Shown: positions 7,244 through 15,641, numbered from the stretch's first letter. The stretch is DNA of 19,716 nt from Myxococcota bacterium (GCA_036149055.1 JAYZQJ010000199.1:1-19716), one strand, 5' to 3'. A program made the numbers and translations. Notes: generated from the sequence alone by a model not told the origin.

Positions 7244-8218
7244 GTGGCTGAGATGAACATGGTGCAGGCGATCAACGGCGCGCTCGCGAGCGAGATGCGC
7301 CGTGACGATCGCGTGGTGGTCCTCGGTGAGGACGTCGGCAAGGTGGGCGGCGTCTTCCGCGTCACCGCCGGGCTCTACGACGAGTTCGGCGAGGATCGCT
7401 GCATCGACACGCCGCTCGCCGAGGGCGGGATCATCGGCACCGCGATCGGCATGGCCCTCTACGGCATGCGGCCCGTCCCGGAGATCCAGTTCGCGGACTT
7501 CATCTTCCCCGCGTTCGACCAGATCGTGAGCGAGGCGGCGAAGATGCGCTGGCGCTCCGGCGGCGAGTACAGCTGCCCGATGGTGATCCGCACGCCCGTG
7601 GGCGGCGGCATCCGCGGCGGCCTCTACCACTCGCAGTCGCCCGAGTCCCTCTTCATCCACACCGCCGGCCTCAAGGTGGTCTGCCCCTCGAACCCCTACG
7701 ACGCGAAGGGGCTGCTCCTGGCGTCGATCCGCGACGAGGACCCGGTGCTCTTCATGGAGCCGAAGCGGGTCTACCGCGCGGTGAAGATGGACGTGCCCGA
7801 GGACGACTACACCGTGCCGCTCGGCAAGGCGAAGGTCGTGCGCGAGGGCGACGGCGTCACCGTCGTCAGCTGGGGCGCGATGGTCTACGAGGCGCTCAGC
7901 GCCGCCGAGCAGGTCGCCAAGGACGGCGTCGACTGCGAGGTGATCGATCTCCGCACCCTGTGGCCGCTCGACCTCGACACCATCGTCGAGAGCGTGAAGA
8001 AGACCGGCCGGCTGGTCGTGGTGCACGAGGCGCCGAAGGCCTGCGGGTTCGGCGCCGAGATCATGCAGCTCGTCACCGAGAAGGCGTTCCTCCACTTCGA
8101 GGCGCCGCCGGCGCGGGTGACCGGCTTCGACACGCCGTTCCCCTACACGCTCGAGAACGAGTACCTGCCGCTGGCGCACCGCATCGCGCCGGCCGTCATG
8201 ACCACCGCCCGCTACTGA
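7244..8218 (+). CDS. 2-oxoacid (branched-chain or pyruvate) dehydrogenase E1 beta subunit (324 aa)
   Basis: GEDVG..GGVFRVT.GL, DTPLAE.GI.G.A.G, EIQFADF, GGLYHSQSPE, FMEPKR.Y, EVIDLRTL.PLD, SVKKTGR. GTG start at 7244 after GGAG. Confidence 0.97.
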   Translation: MAEMNMVQAINGALASEMRRDDRVVVLGEDVGKVGGVFRVTAGLYDEFGEDRCIDTPLAEGGIIGTAIGMALYGMRPVPEIQFADFIFPAFDQIVSEAAKMRWRSGGEYSCPMVIRTPVGGGIRGGLYHSQSPESLFIHTAGLKVVCPSNPYDAKGLLLASIRDEDPVLFMEPKRVYRAVKMDVPEDDYTVPLGKAKVVREGDGVTVVSWGAMVYEALSAAEQVAKDGVDCEVIDLRTLWPLDLDTIVESVKKTGRLVVVHEAPKACGFGAEIMQLVTEKAFLHFEAPPARVTGFDTPFPYTLENEYLPLAHRIAPAVMTTARY

Positions 8219-8229
8219 CCACCGCCCGC
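8199..8229 (+). repeat. Perfect 14-bp direct repeat TGACCACCGCCCGC duplicating the E1 beta 3' end
   Basis: Copies at 8199-8212 and 8216-8229. Confidence 0.7.
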
Positions 8230-8252
8230 AACCGAGAACCGAGGAGCCCCCC

Positions 8253-9677
8253 TTGTCCACGTTCGAGTTCAAGCTGCCCGACATCGGTGAGGGCGTCATG
8301 GAAGGCGAGATCGTCAGCTGGCTGGTCGAGCCCGGCCAGGACGTCCGCGAAGACGATCCGATGGTCGAGGTCATGACCGACAAGGCGACCGTGACCATCG
8401 GCGCGCCGAAGACGGGCACGATCCAGGAGCTCTTCGCTGGCGTGGGGGACGTCGTCGAGGTCGGCTCGGTGATCGTGACGCTCGCGACCAACGGCGCCGC
8501 GGCCGCCGCCCCGGCGCCCGCCGCCCCCGCCCAGAAGAGCGACGAGGGCACCAAGAAGCACGCGGCTCCGCCGCCGCCGTCGGAGCCGCCGAAGGCGAAG
8601 GACGACGGCCCCGCGGCCACCGCGGTCGGCGACATCAAGGAGAGCCTCCCCGGCTCCTCCTACTTCGCCAAGACCGACTCCGCGGTGAGGAGCGCGGCCG
8701 CCTCCACCGGCGAGGTCGTGAGCGACAAGCCGCTCGCCACCCCGGCCACGCGCAAGCTCGCCCGCGATCTCGACGTCGACCTCCGCTACGTGACGCCCAG
8801 CGGCGACGGCGGCCGGATCACCAAGGACGACGTGAAGGCGTTCGCCGCCGGCGAGTCCGCGCCCACCACGCCCGGCACCACGAAGGCCCCCACCGCCGAG
8901 ACCCGCGCGGTCGGCAAGCCGGCGAGCGGGCGCGCCCCGGTCAAGATCGAGGCGCCGACCCCGGCCCAGCAGTCGCTCGAGGAGCGCAAGCCGTTCGTCG
9001 GCATCCGGCGGAAGATCGCCGAGCGGATGCAGACCACGAAGAACACCGCGGCCCACTTCACCTTCGTGGAGGAGTGCGACGTCGCCAAGCTCAAGGAGCT
9101 GCGCGGGCGGCTCAAGGGCGCGGCCGAGGAGGCGGGCGTGAAGCTCACCTTCCTGCCCTTCATCGTGAAGGCGGTCGTGGCCGCGCTGAAGAAGCACCCC
9201 GTGCTCAACAGCGCGCTCGACGAGAGCACCAACGAGCTGGTCTACCGCCGCTACTACAACATCGGCATCGCCGCCTCGACGGATCAGGGCCTGATGGTCC
9301 CGGTGGTCAAGGACGCCGACCGCCGCTCCATCGTCGAGATCGCGGCCGAGATCGCGCGCCTCGGCGCCGCGGCCAAGGAAGGCAAGATCGCGAGCGAGGA
9401 CCTCAGCGGCTCGACCTTCACGATCACCAGCCTCGGCAAGCAGGGCGGCCTCTTCGCCACCCCGGTGCTCAACTTCCCCGAGGTCGGCATCCTCGGCGTG
9501 CACCAGATCAAGCAGAAGCCGGTCGTTCGCGACGGCTCGATCGAGATCGGCGAGGTGATGCTCCTGAGCCTCTCGTTCGATCACCGCATCGTCGACGGCC
9601 ACGTCGGCGCGGCCTTCGCCTACGACATCATCGCGTACCTCGAGGACCCCGACCGCCTCTTCCTCGAGATGGCGTAG
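8253..9677 (+). CDS. Dihydrolipoamide acyltransferase, E2 component (474 aa)
   Basis: Single lipoyl domain (LPDIGEG...VMTDKA), Ala/Pro linkers, peripheral subunit-binding domain (ATPATRKLARDLDVDL...GRITKDDV) and catalytic DHRIVDG. TTG start after GAGGAG. Confidence 0.97.
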   Translation: MSTFEFKLPDIGEGVMEGEIVSWLVEPGQDVREDDPMVEVMTDKATVTIGAPKTGTIQELFAGVGDVVEVGSVIVTLATNGAAAAAPAPAAPAQKSDEGTKKHAAPPPPSEPPKAKDDGPAATAVGDIKESLPGSSYFAKTDSAVRSAAASTGEVVSDKPLATPATRKLARDLDVDLRYVTPSGDGGRITKDDVKAFAAGESAPTTPGTTKAPTAETRAVGKPASGRAPVKIEAPTPAQQSLEERKPFVGIRRKIAERMQTTKNTAAHFTFVEECDVAKLKELRGRLKGAAEEAGVKLTFLPFIVKAVVAALKKHPVLNSALDESTNELVYRRYYNIGIAASTDQGLMVPVVKDADRRSIVEIAAEIARLGAAAKEGKIASEDLSGSTFTITSLGKQGGLFATPVLNFPEVGILGVHQIKQKPVVRDGSIEIGEVMLLSLSFDHRIVDGHVGAAFAYDIIAYLEDPDRLFLEMA

Positions 9678-10368
9678 CTCGAACGGCGCAGGCGCGGGCG
9701 GCCGAGGCGACCCAGGACAGGGCGGCCTCGTGCTCGGCGCGGATCGCGCCGTCCGGCGGCACCTCGATCGTCCCGAGCTCGGCGTGGATGCGCTCGAGCT
9801 CGGCGGGCCAGTCCTCGAGGGAGCGGACGACCGCGAAGCGCTCCTCGAGCTCCGGCGCCTCGGCCACCGCCCGCGCGAGGCGCTCGAGGGCGACGCCGGC
9901 CCAGGCTCGCTCGGCCTGGCACGCGTAGGCGGGCTCCGGGTGTCGGGCGAGGATCGTCTCGAGCGCCCGCCCGAGGCTCATCAGCGCGTAGGACGCCGAA
10001 TTGCCGGGCGGCTCGTCCGTGCGCAGGAGGAGGTCGCCGTCGTCCGCGCAGCCCTCGCACCCGAGCTGGTCGAGCAGCGCCCTCGCGCCGAGCAGGGCCA
10101 CCCGCGCCGCGTGATCCAGGGCGACGAGCTGCGCCTCCGACGGCGCGTCCCCGCCCCACGCCGCGTGATGCAGCAGATCGAGCTCGGCGACGAGCTCGTT
10201 CAGGCGACGCCAGGCCTCGGCCCGACCCGCCGCGGCTTCAGAGGCGGCCGACTCGGAGGCGGAGGGCGGCGGCTGGGAAGGCGACGGCCGTGAGGGCGGC
10301 GGCTGCGGCGCGCGAGACGGAGCGCTCGCGCACGCGACCAGCAGGACCGCGAGCGGGGCCAGCCTCAC
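9628..10368 (-). CDS. Hypothetical lipoprotein, helical (~246 aa)
   Basis: GTG 10368 overlaps the upstream TGA (GTGA) and has a GGAGG RBS. Signal MRLAPLAVLLVA-C, then a Pro/Ser linker. The 3' end overlaps E2 by 50 nt. Confidence 0.65.
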   Translation of the reverse strand: MRLAPLAVLLVACASAPSRAPQPPPSRPSPSQPPPSASESAASEAAAGRAEAWRRLNELVAELDLLHHAAWGGDAPSEAQLVALDHAARVALLGARALLDQLGCEGCADDGDLLLRTDEPPGNSASYALMSLGRALETILARHPEPAYACQAERAWAGVALERLARAVAEAPELEERFAVVRSLEDWPAELERIHAELGTIEVPPDGAIRAEHEAALSWVASAARACAVRATPSRGRGGRGPRGTR

Positions 10369-11384
10369 TGCGCCTCCTGGAGAAGCGGGGCGAGCCGAGG
10401 GTCGCGACGCGCGTCTCGGAGCGCCGCCTCGCACGCCGCGCACGCCGCGGAGCGGAGGGCCTCGAGCACCGCGGCCGCGCGCGCCGGCTGACCGTCACGC
10501 GCGAGCCCCCGGGCCAGGTGGTAGCGCACGTACGCGTTGCTCGGGTCGACCGACGCCGCCTCGACGAGGAGGGACATGGCCGCCGCGTCCCGGTCGCCCC
10601 GCTGGTGCGCGAGGGCGTCCCGCACCAGCCGCTGCGCCCGGGTGCGCGCGAGGAACGGGACCCGCGCCGCCGTGAAGGCCGGGAGCGCGACCATCGACCA
10701 GTGATCGGGAGCCCGCTCCCGTCGTTCCGCGCGCCGCAGGGCGGGCAGATCCACCCAGTGCACGGTCGTGTCGAAGTGACCGGTCCCCGGCGCGGTGTCG
10801 TGCCCACGGACCAGCACCGCCGCGCGTCCGCCTCGCGGCGAGGGCCACACGCCGACGACGATCGGGAGGTCGGCCCCGCTCTCGAGGACCGGCTCGTCGT
10901 AGGTCTCGGGGGCGCCCCGCAAGATCGTGAGCCGCAGGAGCTCGCGCCACCCCTCGATCGCCAGCACCTCCACTGTGAGGAGCTGCCGCGCGCGCCCCTC
11001 CTCGGTGGGCGGAGCGTCCGTCAGGTGCGCGCGCACGAGGCCGGCGTCCAGGGGCCGCGCCGCGGACGAGAACGGGCCGGCCGACCAGCGCCGCGCCGAC
11101 GCCTCGCCGCCGTCTCGCATCGGGGCGTCGCAGGCCACCGCGCGCGCCGGGTCGGCGTGCAGGTCGAAGCACTCGGCGCGCGCCCCGTCCGGGCGCCAGA
11201 CCTCGACGTAGCGGTGGCTCTCGCAGCCCACGTAGGAGCGGACCTCGACGGCGAGGCGCCCGTCGGCCGACCACCCGCGCGGCGCGCGCTCGGTGTGTCC
11301 GTCACAGCACGCGCAGGCCGCCGCCACCGACGGGGAGGCCAGCCAGACGAGCGCCAGCGCGCCGATCGTGCGGGGCCCGATCAC
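10365..11384 (-). CDS. Secreted protein with N-terminal CACC motif and C-terminal TPR-like helices (~339 aa)
   Basis: C-terminal part of track ORF 10365..13706. GTG 11384 overlaps the upstream TGA. Signal peptide ...LASPSVAAA-CACC. C-terminus AASVDPSNAYVRYHLARGLARDG...CAAC...ARRDPRLAPL. Confidence 0.75.
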   Translation of the reverse strand: MIGPRTIGALALVWLASPSVAAACACCDGHTERAPRGWSADGRLAVEVRSYVGCESHRYVEVWRPDGARAECFDLHADPARAVACDAPMRDGGEASARRWSAGPFSSAARPLDAGLVRAHLTDAPPTEEGRARQLLTVEVLAIEGWRELLRLTILRGAPETYDEPVLESGADLPIVVGVWPSPRGGRAAVLVRGHDTAPGTGHFDTTVHWVDLPALRRAERRERAPDHWSMVALPAFTAARVPFLARTRAQRLVRDALAHQRGDRDAAAMSLLVEAASVDPSNAYVRYHLARGLARDGQPARAAAVLEALRSAACAACEAALRDARRDPRLAPLLQEAQ

Positions 11385-12703
11385 TCGCCCGGGAGGAGCC
11401 AGTCCATCCCGCCGGGCGCGTGGGGATCGATCTCGCCGGCGAGCGCGTCCTGGGCGTCGGCGGCGGCCGTGTCGCCCGACGCGCGGTAGATCGCGGCCGC
11501 GGTCGCGTGCAGCTCCGCCGTCCGGTAGGCGGTGGCGAGCGCGCCCTCGATGCGGGTCCGGGCGTCGTCGACGCGGCCGGCGCGGAGCAGGGCCTGCGCG
11601 AGCTTCACCGTCGCCTCGCCGCCCGGCCGGAGCGCGTGGTTCGCCTCGGCGAGCTCCAGCGCGCGAGCCGCCTCGCCGTGGGCCAGGAAGTGGTCGAGCG
11701 CGTGCCCGTAGGCCGCCTCGGGGAGCGTCTCGAGCTGCGCCTCGTAGGTGGCCCGGGCGCGCGCCCTCCACTCGGCCGCCTCCTCGTCGCGGCCGCGCTC
11801 GAGGAGCACGTCGGCGAGCGCGTCCATCAGCTCCGGGCTGTCGGTGCGCGCGACCACGTCGCGGTAGGCGACCTCGGCCCGGCGCCAGTCCTCGCGGAGC
11901 GCGTGGATCTCGGCGACGTGCTCGTCGACCAGCCACCACCCCGAGAAGACCGCCTGCGCGTCCCGGTAGTGCGCGAGCGCCTCGTCCCAGCGGCCGCGGT
12001 CGAGATCCATGATGCCCATCTGCAGGTGGGTCCACGCGCGACCCTGATCGGCGTCGCCCACGATCCGGCCGAGCGAGGTGACCAGCCAGCTCTCCGCCTC
12101 CATGAAGCGGCCGGTCTGCCAGAGGTCGTACGCGATTCGGAACGCGCCGGAGCTCGACTCCCAGGTCTCGTCGGCCCGCCGATGGAGGCGCTCCGCCTCC
12201 TCGTAGCGGCCGGAGTGGAAGGCCACGTCGCCGCGGAGATGGTCGACGGCGATCTTGGTGGTGTCCGACAGGATCACGCCGGCCTCGATCCGATCCAGAT
12301 CGGCCGCGGTCCGATCGAGACGGTGAAGGGTGAAGTGCAAGCTGGCGCGCGTGAGCAGCGGACCGGAGCCCTCCGCCGCGAGCTCGAACGCCCGGGACAG
12401 CGCCTCCTCGGCGCGTCGATAGTCTGCGTAGTCGCCGGTGAGCTGCGCGCGGGCGGCGTAGAGGGCGGCGACGGTGTCGAGCCGACCCCAGTCGTCGTCG
12501 AAGCGCTCGGCGGCGCGCTCGGCGGCGGCGATGCGCGCGTCCAGGTCTCGGACGGCGCGATCGTAGTCCGTGTCTCCCGTCGGCGTGGGCGCCGCGGCCT
12601 CGCCGCTCGCTTCGAGCGGGGGCGGCGCGTCGTTCGGGTTGCTGCAGCCGCAGCCGACGGCGGCGAGCGCGAACAGGAGCGCGAGGGGAGCGGGACGGTG
12701 CAT
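11381..12703 (-). CDS. Tetratricopeptide-repeat lipoprotein (440 aa)
   Basis: Lipobox (LAAVGC) and many TPR-like helical pairs (GDVAFHSGRYEEA, GIMDLDRGRWDEALAHY, LAQALLRAGRVDDA). Lies directly downstream of the DUF4331-like genes. Confidence 0.88.
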   Translation of the reverse strand: MHRPAPLALLFALAAVGCGCSNPNDAPPPLEASGEAAAPTPTGDTDYDRAVRDLDARIAAAERAAERFDDDWGRLDTVAALYAARAQLTGDYADYRRAEEALSRAFELAAEGSGPLLTRASLHFTLHRLDRTAADLDRIEAGVILSDTTKIAVDHLRGDVAFHSGRYEEAERLHRRADETWESSSGAFRIAYDLWQTGRFMEAESWLVTSLGRIVGDADQGRAWTHLQMGIMDLDRGRWDEALAHYRDAQAVFSGWWLVDEHVAEIHALREDWRRAEVAYRDVVARTDSPELMDALADVLLERGRDEEAAEWRARARATYEAQLETLPEAAYGHALDHFLAHGEAARALELAEANHALRPGGEATVKLAQALLRAGRVDDARTRIEGALATAYRTAELHATAAAIYRASGDTAAADAQDALAGEIDPHAPGGMDWLLPGE

Positions 12704-12717
12704 GAGTCGATGCCTCG

Positions 12718-12775
12718 AAAGAAAAGGAGAAAGGGAAAGCGCCGCGGCGGGCAGCGCGAGCCACCCGCCGCGACG
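12718..12775 (-). terminator. Intrinsic terminator or attenuator inside the exported-protein operon
   Basis: Minus-strand RNA CGUCGCGGCGGGUGGC-UCGC-GCUGCCCGCCGCGGCG forms a 16-bp stem with 3 G-U pairs, followed by CUUUCCCUUUCUCCUUUUCUUU. Begins 6 nt after the stop at 12782. Confidence 0.75.
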
Positions 12776-12781
12776 TGAGGG

Positions 12782-13933
12782 CTACGGCGTGTGCGGCGCA
12801 GCCAGGTAGGGGAACGTGTCGAGGAACTCGACGTCGTTCGCGGCGGGGTTGAGGGCGCCGACGAGCGACGTGGCGTCCTGGCCGGGCACGCCCAGGTCGA
12901 GCAGCACCACCGCCAGGGTCACGTCGATCACCGGATCCGGGAGGGTCCGGCCGTTCGGGAACCCGGGCGCCATCGAAGGATCGATGGTCAGCGTGTCCGG
13001 GATGATGAGCGGTCCGCCCTGCGAGACGCACGAGCCCACCGCGCCGCCGCTGCAGGGCACGAGCGAGCGGTCCAGGAGGTCGTCGTCGAGCGCGGCGTGG
13101 ATCGCGTCGATGTTCGCCACAATCTCGGGCACGAAGGTGCCGGCCACGTCGTCGGACGGATCGCCGTCGTTGTACTGGTTCTTGGTGGTGCCGGCCGAGC
13201 CGCTGATCAGCGCCGTGGCGACCGCGGGCATGCCCATGCGGTCGACGCGGGTGTAGTCGCCGGGATCGTCGGTCCGGAAGGTCCAGCCGCCGGTGCAGAC
13301 GCCGCCGCCGCTCGCGCCCGCGTGCGGGCAGTGAAGCGCGGTGTCGTCGGAGCGGATGGCCACGCCGAGGTGGTAGAGACGGCACTGCACGGTGTCGCCC
13401 TCGGTGACGCCGATCTCGCCGGTGTCGTCGAGCGCGGCGCAGGTGGTCATGCACTCGGCCATGTCGCCGTACTGCGCGTCGCCGCCGGTGCAGACGTTCA
13501 TGACGGTGCCGCAGTAGACCTCGCACCAGTCGCCGCAGACGTTGGCGCCGGTCTCGCCCGCGTGCGGGCAGTGCATCACCGGGTCGTCCCCGGCGGGCGC
13601 GCCGCCGTGGTAGGTGCGGCAGCCGATGGTGTTGCCCGAGGCCGGCCCGCTGGTGGTGACCTCGTCGCCCGCCTCCCAGCCCGCGCTCGTGCACACGTCG
13701 ATGCACTCGTCGCGGTCCGCGTAGATCTCGTTGTCACCCGTGCAGGTCATCTGCACCGTGTCGCAGTAGGTCTCGCAGGTCGGCGTGCTGCCGGTGTCCG
13801 AGTCCGGCATGTCCATGCCCGTGTCCGGGTCCTCCATGCCGCTGTCCGCGGGGGTCTCGCCGTCGTCACAGCCGAAGGCGACGACGCCGAGCGCCAGCAC
13901 CAGGCTCGTCCAGAGAATCGTGTTCGTACGCAT
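12782..13933 (-). CDS. Lipoprotein with two Cys/His-rich repeats fused to a DUF4331 C-terminal-like domain (383 aa)
   Basis: Lipobox VAFG-C and acidic linker. C-terminal motifs RVDRMGMPAV.TALI, PDTL.ID, GFPNGR.L.D.VIDVTL and FPYLAAP. ATG 13933 lies 7 nt after GGAG; GTG 13939 is an alternative start. Confidence 0.85.
   Translation of the reverse strand: MRTNTILWTSLVLALGVVAFGCDDGETPADSGMEDPDTGMDMPDSDTGSTPTCETYCDTVQMTCTGDNEIYADRDECIDVCTSAGWEAGDEVTTSGPASGNTIGCRTYHGGAPAGDDPVMHCPHAGETGANVCGDWCEVYCGTVMNVCTGGDAQYGDMAECMTTCAALDDTGEIGVTEGDTVQCRLYHLGVAIRSDDTALHCPHAGASGGGVCTGGWTFRTDDPGDYTRVDRMGMPAVATALISGSAGTTKNQYNDGDPSDDVAGTFVPEIVANIDAIHAALDDDLLDRSLVPCSGGAVGSCVSQGGPLIIPDTLTIDPSMAPGFPNGRTLPDPVIDVTLAVVLLDLGVPGQDATSLVGALNPAANDVEFLDTFPYLAAPHTP
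13295..13777 (-). repeat. Two tandem ~80-aa protein repeats: CxxYC-x6-C-x6-Y-x5-C-x3-C...G[ND]TxxCRxYH...HCPHAGxxGxxVC
   Basis: Repeat 1 at 13535-13777 and repeat 2 at 13295-13525. All 8 Cys and 3 His are conserved between the copies. Confidence 0.9.
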
Positions 13934-13935
13934 GG

Positions 13936-14595
13936 TCACGCTCCGATCCGCGAGGTGGTGGCCCAGACGTCGAACGCGCCCGAGGAGAGATCCTCGGTCT
14001 CGAGCTCGATGACGATCGCGCTGATGTTCTTGCCCGCGAAGAAGTCGCGGTCGTTCACGAAGCTCAGCGTCCCGGTCGAGAAGGTCTCCTGGAAGCCGGT
14101 GAGGTCGAAGAAGAACGGATCCTCACGGAGGCCGACCCAGAAGAAGCCGTCGGTCACGCCGTCGATCGAGTTCTGGAAGGCCACCGGGCCCGCCTGGGTG
14201 GCGGGATCGCCGCCCGGGATGCCCTCGACCTGGATGCCCCAGTTGCCCGAGGCGTTCTGGCCGAAGCGCACGTAGATGTCGTGGTCGGCGGCCTGGTCGT
14301 CGTCGTTGTCGATGTGGATGCCGTAGAGCACGTCCGCGTCGTACACGGCGGTCTGGCCGTCGACCGGGTCGACGGGGCCGGCGTAGGTCAGCACGATCAC
14401 CGTCTTGCCCTCCGGCGTGGCCCAGGCGTACAGGTCGCCGATGTCGGCGGCCCGATCCCCGTCCACCACGCGATCCGGCGGGTCGTTGTGATCGGCGGCT
14501 TCGGCGCGTTCCGGCGTGGAGCTCCCCACCCAGACGACGCTCCCCAAAAGGCCAAGCGTCAATGCACCGATGAGCACTCTCTTGGTGTGTCTCAT
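13936..14595 (-). CDS. Secreted DUF4331 N-terminal-like protein (219 aa)
   Basis: ATG 14595 after GGAGGAG. Signal peptide ending AEA-ADH. Motifs ADHNDPP, ADIGDLYAW, YGIHIDN, GLREDPFFFDL.GF, DFFAG.NISAIVIE. Confidence 0.87.
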   Translation of the reverse strand: MRHTKRVLIGALTLGLLGSVVWVGSSTPERAEAADHNDPPDRVVDGDRAADIGDLYAWATPEGKTVIVLTYAGPVDPVDGQTAVYDADVLYGIHIDNDDDQAADHDIYVRFGQNASGNWGIQVEGIPGGDPATQAGPVAFQNSIDGVTDGFFWVGLREDPFFFDLTGFQETFSTGTLSFVNDRDFFAGKNISAIVIELETEDLSSGAFDVWATTSRIGA

Positions 14596-14744
14596 CTCTC
14601 CTCCAAGTCGTTGGTCGATCGGAGGAGGCGAGCACAGCGGTGCCGTCGCTCCCCCCGAGCGAATCACCAGGATACGCATACCCGATCGAAAAACGCTACG
14701 GAGTCGGGAGGATCCCCGCGCTGACGCGCCGCCCCCGGCGTGCC

Positions 14745-15641
14745 ATGGTGCCGGCGGTGAGCGATCCCGACGACGAGATCGAAGGAGCTCCGGAGGGCGC
14801 CAGCTGCGCGGAGCACCCCGAGCGGACGGCCCTCGTCACGTGCCCGCGCTGCGGCAGCTACTGCTGCGTCGCCTGCTGGCAGCCGACCTCGCAGCGCTGC
14901 CACCGCTGCCTCGTCCTCGACCCGCCCGAGGTCACGCCCTGGGCGGACCGGAGCCGCGGCCTCTTCCCGCGCCTGCTCGCGACCCTGGTGGACGCCGCCC
15001 GGCCGACCGCCTCGGCGGTGGGCTTCGCGAGCGGGGAGTGGCGGGCGGGGATCTCGTTCGCGCTCTTGACCTTCGTGCCGCTCGCGCTGCTCGCCGGCGT
15101 GGTCCCGCTGACCCACACGCTCGGCTTCCTGCCCCCGTTCCGGGTGGTCACGCTCGGCGCGCCGTCCGAGGCTGCGCTCGGCCTCGACGTGGCCCAGGCG
15201 GTCGGCCTCGGCTTCGTGGTGAAGACGCTCGAGCTGATCCTGCTCGGCCTCCCGTTCCTCAGCCTCTGCCGCGCCTACGGCAAGCCGGTCGCCAGCGAGC
15301 CCGCCCGCCAGGTGCTGCTCTACCGGGCCTGGCTGCTCCCGCTCGGCGGCCCGATCGGCATCCTGCTCAGCTTGCTCGTCTGGGGCGTGCCCCTCGAGGG
15401 CAGCGACGCGCTCACCGCCGCGGCCCAGGTCCTCTCGCTGGCGCCGCTCCTCGTCTTCCTCTGGGCGATGAGCGCGACCGCGCGGGTGCAGGGCGTGGGC
15501 CCGGTGGCCGCCATGGTGGTCGTGCTCGTCTCGTTCCTCGTCATGTACTTCGGCGAGGCGCTGCTCGTGCAAGAGCTCCTCGCGCCGCTGATGCCCGACT
15601 CCGAGACCAGCCGCGAGGCCCTCGAAGCCGCGATGCAGTGA
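14745..15641 (+). CDS. Membrane protein with N-terminal B-box-like zinc finger (~298 aa)
   Basis: CAEHP-x6-TCPRCGSYCCVAC-x7-CHRC, then PW.D and about 5 hydrophobic helices (Yip1-like layout). Start is ATG 14745 or GTG 14757. Confidence 0.8.
   Translation: MVPAVSDPDDEIEGAPEGASCAEHPERTALVTCPRCGSYCCVACWQPTSQRCHRCLVLDPPEVTPWADRSRGLFPRLLATLVDAARPTASAVGFASGEWRAGISFALLTFVPLALLAGVVPLTHTLGFLPPFRVVTLGAPSEAALGLDVAQAVGLGFVVKTLELILLGLPFLSLCRAYGKPVASEPARQVLLYRAWLLPLGGPIGILLSLLVWGVPLEGSDALTAAAQVLSLAPLLVFLWAMSATARVQGVGPVAAMVVVLVSFLVMYFGEALLVQELLAPLMPDSETSREALEAAMQ

Noticed and set aside
10365..13706. 1113-aa ORF as one giant protein
   Set aside because: The first ~774 codons are Arg/Gly/Pro-rich off-frame read-through of two real genes. 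Only 10365..11384 looks like a protein.
13295..13777. Multiheme c-type cytochrome
   Set aside because: No CxxCH motif is present; the patterns are CxxYC, CRxYH and HCPH.
14600..14744. ECF-sigma promoter for the DUF4331-like operon (GGATCC ... CGTA on the minus strand)
   Set aside because: Candidate elements exist in this AT-richer spacer, but the spacings I could find do not fit a -35/-10 pair, and no ECF gene lies in the window.
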